The notes below the pieces were generated by a model. That model saw only the letters and a program-made list of their open reading frames with translations, searched no databases and was not told the DNA's origin. A program made the translations under genes and the position numbers. From assembly GCA_040954595.2 (NCBI GenBank), contig JBECUI020000046.1, positions 19,389 through 83,388 on the forward strand: 64,000 nucleotides of DNA, written 5' to 3'. This DNA comes from Balanoglossus misakiensis (Eukaryota > Animalia > Hemichordata). Positions 57,077 to 64,000 of this stretch are shown piece by piece (position 1 is the stretch's first letter; every line of letters starts with the position of its first letter).

Positions 57077-58671
57077 GGATATGACACAATGAATTGATTG
57101 TAGTAGTAATCAAAGCTGTCCATAATTGCCTGCCAGGATGCTTCAATAATGTTTGCGTGTACGCCAACCGTGTTCCAAAAATGTACATGGTCGGTTGTAC
57201 ATACCAATACCCGTACCTTGCTTGCAGCATTCTTAACTGGAGCATCAAGGGTTAATACGCGTACACGGTAATCAACGAGCCGTATCTTCTTAAGAAATGG
57301 GTACTCCGCTTCCAAGGCATTGCGCATGGTAGCATCAAGCACTTGCACAGGCCCCGTACCGACAGCTGCCCCCATCAGTTCTCTGTTCTTGACCGTTAAG
57401 AATGCCCTTCCAACCGTTATTGAGTCCTGAAGACCTGTTTTGAACGTCTCCAGATGGTAATTCTTGAGGTCGGTAATAGGGGTGTAGAGTCCTAGTTGTT
57501 TGCGCATCAATATATCAAATGATGCTTCGGCAGCTTCGTATTCATAGCCCATGTTTTCTTGCTCTTTCAGTGTTTCAAAGAGTTTGGTTACGACCGGAGA
57601 AGATTTTTCGAACGATCCGTATGGCTTTAACTTGTCAATAATTGTAGATTTACCGGCGAGTTCCGATAGAATAATATACCGTTGGTTCCCGACCTGTTCG
57701 GAATTAATATGTTCCATGAGGTTATCGGATTTCATAATGACATCAGCGTGCTGTCCTGCCTTATGACTAAATGATGCCTCTCCAACGAATGGTTGCCGTT
57801 TGTCGGGAATGATATTTGCCTTCTCACAAACAAAACGAGAGAGAAAGGTCAGATGTTTCATATTTTTAGCAGATGAAAGTTTTAGACCCTGTTTTAATGC
57901 CAAATTGGGTATGAGACTGCAAATGTTTGCATTGCCACACCGTTCGCCCCAGCCATTTATTGTGCCCTGGATCTGTGTTGCACCCTGTTCGACTGCAATA
58001 AGGCTGTTGGCAACTGCAGTTTCGCAGTCATTATGGAAATGTCCACCAAGGGGTGCAAGTTTTTCTCCTATGAGTTTTTTCATAATTCTTTCTACCTCAT
58101 GTGGAAGGGTTCCCCCGTTGGTGTCACAGATAACAACGAAATCAGCCCCTGCATCGGTAGCGGTGCGAAGAACCTGCAGTGCGTACTGAGGATCATCCTT
58201 AAACCCGTCAAAAAAATGTTCTGCATCAAAGATAACTTCCCGGTTTTCTTTTTTCAGAAAGTACACGGTGTCGTATATCATTGCAAGATTTTCTTTTAGG
58301 GTGGTTTTCAGTATTTCGGTTACATGTTTTGTCCAACTCTTACCTACAATGGTTATTGCCGGAGTTTCTGTTTCAAGCAGACAGCGAATGCCCGGGTCGT
58401 CCGAAACTATAACACCCGCTTTCCGGGTGCTGCCAAAGGAGGTAATGGTTGCATGAGATAACTTCTCCTTCTTAATTTGTTCAAAGAACTGGCTATCCTT
58501 TTCATTTGAAAAAGGGAACCCTCCTTCAATGTAGTCCATTGCCATCTTATCCAGCTCTAAGGCTATGGCAATCTTATCATCAAGTGTATAATTCACATCT
58601 ACTGCTTGCACACCATCACGAAGTGTTGTGTCATATATCGTTATCAGATTATTATCTGTTTTACTTGTCAT
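57067..58671 (-). CDS. cimA: citramalate synthase
   Basis: DTTLRDG, YIEGGFP, VGKSW..HV, FDAEHFFDG, CDTNGG, GERCGNAN, SELAGKS. Confidence 0.88.
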   Translation of the reverse strand: MTSKTDNNLITIYDTTLRDGVQAVDVNYTLDDKIAIALELDKMAMDYIEGGFPFSNEKDSQFFEQIKKEKLSHATITSFGSTRKAGVIVSDDPGIRCLLETETPAITIVGKSWTKHVTEILKTTLKENLAMIYDTVYFLKKENREVIFDAEHFFDGFKDDPQYALQVLRTATDAGADFVVICDTNGGTLPHEVERIMKKLIGEKLAPLGGHFHNDCETAVANSLIAVEQGATQIQGTINGWGERCGNANICSLIPNLALKQGLKLSSAKNMKHLTFLSRFVCEKANIIPDKRQPFVGEASFSHKAGQHADVIMKSDNLMEHINSEQVGNQRYIILSELAGKSTIIDKLKPYGSFEKSSPVVTKLFETLKEQENMGYEYEAAEASFDILMRKQLGLYTPITDLKNYHLETFKTGLQDSITVGRAFLTVKNRELMGAAVGTGPVQVLDATMRNALEAEYPFLKKIRLVDYRVRVLTLDAPVKNAASKVRVLVCTTDHVHFWNTVGVHANIIEASWQAIMDSFDYYYNQFIVSYPSP

Positions 58672-60188
58672 GGATGTGGTACCTCCTGTAATAATTGATT
58701 ATGTATTATAGCATTCATAAAAGCTATGGCACTTGCCTCCACTATATCAGTGGAGGATCCTCGTCCTAAATTACGTTTCCCATGTATAGAAAGCAAAAGG
58801 GATACTTCTCCAAGTGCTTGTTTTCCCGGTGTAACTGCATGTACGTTGTATTCTAATAGTTTTGTCTTAATATTAATTGCCGCTTCAATAGCACGAAAGA
58901 TAGCATCAATTGGTCCGTCTCCGTTGCTTTCACCTTCAAATGTTTTATCACCTTTTTGTATGAGCACCTTTGCTGCTGCTTCTTTCTCAGAATCAGAAAG
59001 AACAGTAAATTTTAGTAGTTTGTATAAGACAATATCATTATTTATTTGATTGATGAGCAGTGAAAACAGATCTTCGTCGTATATTTCTTTCTTTTTATCG
59101 GCCAGCTTGAGAAAACTATCAAATGCATCTTTCATTGTCTCGTGCTCAAGTTTGATGTTAAGCTGTTGCAATCTATGCTTAAATCCATGCATACCTGAAT
59201 GTCTGCCCAGAATAATATTGCTGGAAGTGCGCCCAACATGCTTTGGGGTCATAATCTCATACGTTTCGGGATGCTTGAGCATCCCGTCTTGATGTATTCC
59301 TGCTTCGTGAGAGAAGGCATTCTCGCCGACAATGGCCTTGTTTCGAGCAATCGGAAAGCCAATCATGGTCATCAAGAGACGAGAAGTGGGATAGAGGTAT
59401 TCGGTACGAATTTTTGTATCCAGTTGTATCAAGGGTTTGCGCACTTGAAGGGCCATAACAATCTCCTCCAAAGCGGTATTCCCTGCACGTTCTCCTATTC
59501 CGTTAATGGTAACTTCTATCTGTCTGGCACCTGCCTGCAGTGCACTCAGAGAATTAGCTACAGCCAATCCCAAGTCATTATGGCAATGTGCCGAGAGAAT
59601 GACCTTATCAATATCAGGTACTCTTTTTTTGAGCATGCGTATGGTATCGTAGTACTCTTGTGGTATGGTATAGCCCACGGTATCCGGTATATTAATTATG
59701 CGGGCGCCAGCTTGAATAGCAGTATCAACCGCCTTACAGAGAAAATCAGGGTCGGTTCTTGTTGCATCTTCTGGAGAAAATTCTACCTCAGCCACAAGGT
59801 TTCGTGCGTACGTAACAGCAGATTTAATGCTTGATATGACATCGTCCGGCTTCATCTTCAGCTTATGCTGCATGTGAATTGGTGATGTTGAAATAAAAAC
59901 ATGGATTCGCGGTCTTGCAGCTTCTTTTAGCACTTCAGCTGCAACATCAATATCCTTTGTTAGTGAACGTGCAAGAACAGTCAGCGTAGAATCCTTGACT
60001 TCTTGCGAAATTTTCTTGCAGGCTTCATACTGATGAGGTGATGATATCGGAAAGCCGGTTTCAATAGCATCTACTTGTAGCTTTGCAAGCTGTCGGGCAA
60101 TCTCAAATTTTTGTTCAATAGTCATTGATGCCCCAGGCGATTGTTCGCCATCGCGCAGTGTTGTATCCAATATTTGTACTGTGTCCAT
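58668..60188 (-). CDS. leuA: 2-isopropylmalate synthase
   Basis: DTTLRDGEQSPG, EFSPED, PDTVG, HCHNDLG, GIGERAGN, HEAGIHQDG. Confidence 0.95.
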   Translation of the reverse strand: MDTVQILDTTLRDGEQSPGASMTIEQKFEIARQLAKLQVDAIETGFPISSPHQYEACKKISQEVKDSTLTVLARSLTKDIDVAAEVLKEAARPRIHVFISTSPIHMQHKLKMKPDDVISSIKSAVTYARNLVAEVEFSPEDATRTDPDFLCKAVDTAIQAGARIINIPDTVGYTIPQEYYDTIRMLKKRVPDIDKVILSAHCHNDLGLAVANSLSALQAGARQIEVTINGIGERAGNTALEEIVMALQVRKPLIQLDTKIRTEYLYPTSRLLMTMIGFPIARNKAIVGENAFSHEAGIHQDGMLKHPETYEIMTPKHVGRTSSNIILGRHSGMHGFKHRLQQLNIKLEHETMKDAFDSFLKLADKKKEIYDEDLFSLLINQINNDIVLYKLLKFTVLSDSEKEAAAKVLIQKGDKTFEGESNGDGPIDAIFRAIEAAINIKTKLLEYNVHAVTPGKQALGEVSLLLSIHGKRNLGRGSSTDIVEASAIAFMNAIIHNQLLQEVPHP

Positions 60189-60289
60189 AACACCTTCTCC
60201 TTATAAGTTCTGTACACAATGGTATTATATTTTCTTATTTCCTACAAGCAATGAAAAAGGATTTGACAGGAAATTAGTATATAAGTAGG

Positions 60290-61441
60290 ATGATAATAGT
60301 GAAATTCCTATATTTTTTAGTTGCCATTTTCTTTGTTTCCTGTGCTGGAGAGAGTAGGTTGGACCATACGGTACTCTTTACTCTTGAATTTGGTGAAACC
60401 GAGCGACAGATTAACTACTTTTCTCCTACAACTGTTGGGATAGAACAGAAAAATCGCATGGTTATGCATGATGGTTCGGTTTATATCAGTAATGGACAAT
60501 CGTTCAAAGTAATGAAGTTCAATTCTTATGGAGACTTACTAACCTTGTTCTATCACCCCGAGAAGAATCCGCAGCCAACACTGCTTCTTTCCCAAAATAC
60601 AAATGAAGAGACGGTTGCTACCCTTAATGCCTATCAATATCTCTTTCGTTCTGTGGGTGAAATTCTGGTTAGTTCAAAACAAATATTGATGGTCGAAGAA
60701 TTGGTACCGCAGCCACAGATTGTTTATGATGAAGAAGTTGGTACCATGTTTAATCGTGTTATTACTCGTTTTGCTCCCTCCGGTGAAGTTATCGATTATC
60801 TCGGACAAGAGGGAATTGGTGGCACACCGTTTTTTTATATTGATTCTTTATGGACAATAAAGGACGATGGCATAGTTGTTGTTACGAGGACGATTGATTT
60901 CTGGCGTATCTATGGCTATTCTGATGCGGGCGAGCGGCTCTATGATCTGTTCATATCGTTGAGTAATCTGCCCATACCGGATGAAAATAGTACGGCTGTA
61001 TTGAACAGAGTTGTCCCCAGTCGTGATGGTAATAAACTGTACCTTATGCTTTCATACTACCACGAAGAACGAGATGCGGATACTAATGCAACATATGCCA
61101 TTACTTTTCTCGTCTCTCGCATATATACACTTGATCTGCATCAGGGACAGTACATCTCTTTTATTGATATTCCCCGTATTGATGTGGACCTCTACGAATT
61201 TGTTGGGGTTTCTGCAAGTAATAACTTTTTTCTTACAAGAACAATCAGCAACGATGAATCAGAACTCCTTATTCTCAATGAATCAGGGCGAGCGATTATG
61301 CGGCGTATTCTATCGCATAGTGCATTTCTTACAGGTAATTTTTCAGTAACTGACCAAGGCGATCTTTCGGCTTTGCTTGTTCATGATGATGGAGTCGATA
61401 TTGTTCTATGGAAAACGAATTTTGTTCGGGAGGATCTATGA
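60290..61441 (+). CDS. putative lipoprotein, probably beta-propeller-like
   Basis: lipobox FVS-C; KVMKFNSYGDLL, YLGQEGIGGTPF. Confidence 0.65.
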   Translation: MIIVKFLYFLVAIFFVSCAGESRLDHTVLFTLEFGETERQINYFSPTTVGIEQKNRMVMHDGSVYISNGQSFKVMKFNSYGDLLTLFYHPEKNPQPTLLLSQNTNEETVATLNAYQYLFRSVGEILVSSKQILMVEELVPQPQIVYDEEVGTMFNRVITRFAPSGEVIDYLGQEGIGGTPFFYIDSLWTIKDDGIVVVTRTIDFWRIYGYSDAGERLYDLFISLSNLPIPDENSTAVLNRVVPSRDGNKLYLMLSYYHEERDADTNATYAITFLVSRIYTLDLHQGQYISFIDIPRIDVDLYEFVGVSASNNFFLTRTISNDESELLILNESGRAIMRRILSHSAFLTGNFSVTDQGDLSALLVHDDGVDIVLWKTNFVREDL

Positions 61442-62934
61442 AACAGCTAGTACATTCTCAACAAATGGCAGATTTAGACCTGCGATGTGAAAGTGAATAC
61501 GGCATCTCGCCTGCTTTACTTATGGAGAATGCCGGGCGTTCTTGTTATGAGTTCTTCCAATCGCTTACATCTACATCGATGCGCATTCTTATTCTCGCTG
61601 GTTCGGGCAATAACGGTGGCGATGCCTATGTTTGTGCCCGACATCTGTTCTTACGCACTACCCATTCGCTCAGTATCGTTTCCCTTGCAGAACCACGGTC
61701 TACACTTTGTATTGAACAACATGCAATATGCAGGAACTTGGGTATCGATATTCTTCCGATAGGGAAGGATCTGCTTCAGTCGGTCGACTGGGTTATCGAC
61801 GGCATTTGTGGAGTAGGATTGCAACAGGGCTTGCGTAGTTCTCTCCACCAGTTTGTACAGGAGTTGAATAATCATCCGGCAAGGGTCATGGCAATAGATG
61901 TGCCCAGCGGGATATACGAGGGGTTTCAGCAGGGAGAGACAGCGATAAAGGCAGATTACACCGCTTCTATTGCCTATCAGAAATCAATGTGTTATCAAGC
62001 AACTGCCCGACCATATTGTGGCAGGATAGAACTGCTATATGCATCATTTCCCTTTGAACAATGTAAGCGGGTAGAAACTGATATCTTACTTGCAGAAGAA
62101 TCCGACATTGTTGTGCCTAATCAGACCGATGATTCCTACAAGAATAGCAATGGCATACTAAGCATATCCGCGGGTGCTACCGGAACAGTGGGGGCTGCTA
62201 TTTTAGCTACAAAGGCCGCTATAGCGATGGCAACCGGTAAAGTTCACCTGCTTGTCGATAGCGAGTTGGAAAATCTTGTACTTGCCATGCCTTCTGCACT
62301 GGTACAAGACATATACAAATCCAACATCAATACGATACCTAGTAGTTGTTTTTTAGTTGGCTGTGGGTGGGGGACTGAGGGGCGGGAATCATTATTAGCT
62401 ACAATGCTAGGCCGGAAAGAGCCGCTTGTTTTAGATGCTGATGCCTTAACCCTTCTAGCCACGACTCCCTTGCTCAAGGATATTATCATGAATTCCGATC
62501 ATAATAGGCGAATCCTTACCCCACATCCTGGTGAGGCGGGGGCACTTTTGGGCATGTCGGTTGCAAATGTTCTTCAGGATGTCTACTCGGCAGCTCGAAA
62601 GATCGCAGAATTATATCGATCGGTTGTTGTATTGAAATCGCATGTTACAGTTGTTGCGCGTCCAAATAGGGAAGAACTTGTTGTTGTCGACGGTATGAAT
62701 GCCGCTCTCGCAACGGCAGGGAGTGGGGATGTTCTAGCAGGCATTATTGCATCACTTTGTGCACAGGGGATGCCGGCCCCACTTGCAGCACGATCCGGGG
62801 CACAACTGCATCAACAAGCCGGTATCGAACTTCTTCGACAAAATCGTATCGGTATAGAAGCACTTTTTGATATAATTCCGCAAATTCTTTATCGGTACCG
62901 TTTGAAAAGTTACGGCAAATATGCTATACACTAG
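61438..62934 (+). CDS. nnr: bifunctional NAD(P)H-hydrate epimerase/dehydratase
   Basis: LMENAG, GSGNNGGD, AIDVPSG, VLDADAL, ILTPHPGE, ATAGSGDVLAG. Confidence 0.93.
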   Translation: MKQLVHSQQMADLDLRCESEYGISPALLMENAGRSCYEFFQSLTSTSMRILILAGSGNNGGDAYVCARHLFLRTTHSLSIVSLAEPRSTLCIEQHAICRNLGIDILPIGKDLLQSVDWVIDGICGVGLQQGLRSSLHQFVQELNNHPARVMAIDVPSGIYEGFQQGETAIKADYTASIAYQKSMCYQATARPYCGRIELLYASFPFEQCKRVETDILLAEESDIVVPNQTDDSYKNSNGILSISAGATGTVGAAILATKAAIAMATGKVHLLVDSELENLVLAMPSALVQDIYKSNINTIPSSCFLVGCGWGTEGRESLLATMLGRKEPLVLDADALTLLATTPLLKDIIMNSDHNRRILTPHPGEAGALLGMSVANVLQDVYSAARKIAELYRSVVVLKSHVTVVARPNREELVVVDGMNAALATAGSGDVLAGIIASLCAQGMPAPLAARSGAQLHQQAGIELLRQNRIGIEALFDIIPQILYRYRLKSYGKYAIH

Positions 62935-62946
62935 TCAGGTACCATT

Positions 62947-63348
62947 ATGTATATAATATATTTCTTTTCAGTTTGTACGAATATTGTAGTAGGAATTATG
63001 TTGGTGAATACAACCAGCAAGAATGGCGAGAACTGGGGTGCAGCAATTTTCAATCTTGAGAATATGCGCAAACCGGGTGTGGCTATTGTTATTGCCGCTG
63101 TAACGGCCTTGACAGGCATATTAAAACTGCTAGCCGTTACCAATGGAAACCTTGGTTTTGTTGGTGATATTATTCCCGCTTTTACCGGTATCGTATTGGG
63201 GGGGATACTTTTTTTAACTTATGGTATTGCTACTACCAAACTGCCCAAAGACATAACAGCTCTGCTTTCCTTCCGGAAAACAATTGGTTATATCGGTATA
63301 CTTGTTGGAATTGTACATCTCTTATTTCACGGCATGTTGTTTCTCTAA
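62947..63348 (+). CDS. hypothetical membrane protein (about 4 TM)
   Basis: four hydrophobic segments; directly after nnr. Confidence 0.65.
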   Translation: MYIIYFFSVCTNIVVGIMLVNTTSKNGENWGAAIFNLENMRKPGVAIVIAAVTALTGILKLLAVTNGNLGFVGDIIPAFTGIVLGGILFLTYGIATTKLPKDITALLSFRKTIGYIGILVGIVHLLFHGMLFL

Positions 63349-63350
63349 AC

Positions 63351-64000
63351 TTATCGGAGAGAGGTGGAGAGGGGATGTTGTCCTTCAGCCTGATAATCCC
63401 CTCGTAGTACTGCAAAGCCTGCTTCAAAGTTTTCTGTTTCCCAGCCGTATACTGCAATTGCTGTTTGCACCCATGGCACTTCTCGCAGGTATACAGGCGT
63501 TAGAATTGAGAAAACAATAATGTTTGCATGCAATTCTTGAACAACTTGTAAAATTCGTAGTGTGTTGGGATCCGAAAGACAGAAAATAATATAATCATAG
63601 TTACCGGCAATTTCTTTGAACCCTGCCAAATCCGCTTCATTTGATTGATAGAATGATTTACCGGTAAAGTAATACTGTTCTGCATTTGGGTAGCGCTGTT
63701 TCCCTACTATATGAAAATCGGGGTCATTGCCGGCAAGCAATATTTTTTTCTGTTCGGATGGGATAAGAGGGAGTCTGTCTTCCCCACGCAGTACTGTTAC
63801 ACTCCTTGCAGCTTGGTTTAACAGGAAATCTTGTGTCTGTGATTCTCGCAACCGTCCTCGCAATCCATCAATTGATGGAAACATTTTCAGCTTGTTGAGG
63901 GGTTTTAAGTAGCGCAGTTTTGTTCTGATAATACGTGCTGTAGCTTCATTAATTCTTTGTTTGGCTTGCTCGTTATTCTTGTATGCATTTATGAACGTTT
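63351..64000 (-). CDS. GH3 glycoside hydrolase (beta-N-acetylhexosaminidase-like), C-terminal part, truncated by window edge
   Basis: frame open to the window end: RINEATARIIRTK, then AARSVTVLR, TPVYL, AVYG, VLRG..AEGQHP. Confidence 0.8.
   Translation of the reverse strand, partial: TFINAYKNNEQAKQRINEATARIIRTKLRYLKPLNKLKMFPSIDGLRGRLRESQTQDFLLNQAARSVTVLRGEDRLPLIPSEQKKILLAGNDPDFHIVGKQRYPNAEQYYFTGKSFYQSNEADLAGFKEIAGNYDYIIFCLSDPNTLRILQVVQELHANIIVFSILTPVYLREVPWVQTAIAVYGWETENFEAGFAVLRGDYQAEGQHPLSTSLR

Noticed and set aside
57067-60188. leuA-cimA tandem as a recent duplication or novel pathway
   Set aside because: They are anciently diverged, well-known paralogues of leucine and citramalate-dependent isoleucine synthesis

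Overview
Bacterial chromosomal window, most likely from a spirochaete (inference from a BpuR/PUR protein, a short SMC, 'FAAGTxES' signal peptides, a TP0789-like LolA protein and many lipoproteins). Left to right: the end of an McrBC restriction locus; a ROK-regulated sugar ABC/catabolic operon with one frameshifted oxidoreductase; a ~20 kb tandem array of three giant (about 2,000-2,260 aa) surface lipoproteins; a PHP/SDR/sorbose-P-reductase/FGGY-kinase sugar cluster; tatD; an envelope operon; and core genes (tRNA-Gly, bpuR, rnhB, smc, ffh-rpsP-khpA-rimM-trmD-rplS-yraN, coaD, tRNA-Gln, tRNA-Glu, cimA, leuA, nnr, partial GH3). The three giant lipoproteins share near-identical Fn3/Ig stalks but carry divergent glycine-rich heads. 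Each has its own promoter and terminator, and each is preceded by a different combination of a 109/75-bp G-rich direct repeat that also closes the array. The envelope operon combines an Omp85-like barrel, three helical secreted paralogues, a LolD-like ATPase, two LolC/E-like permeases, a second barrel and a LolA-like protein; a 235-bp scar shows the second permease arose by duplication and collapse of the operon. The two best candidates for an undescribed system are the repeat-punctuated polymorphic lipoprotein array and the Omp85/Lol-like export operon. All family assignments are from motif recognition by eye, not database searches.
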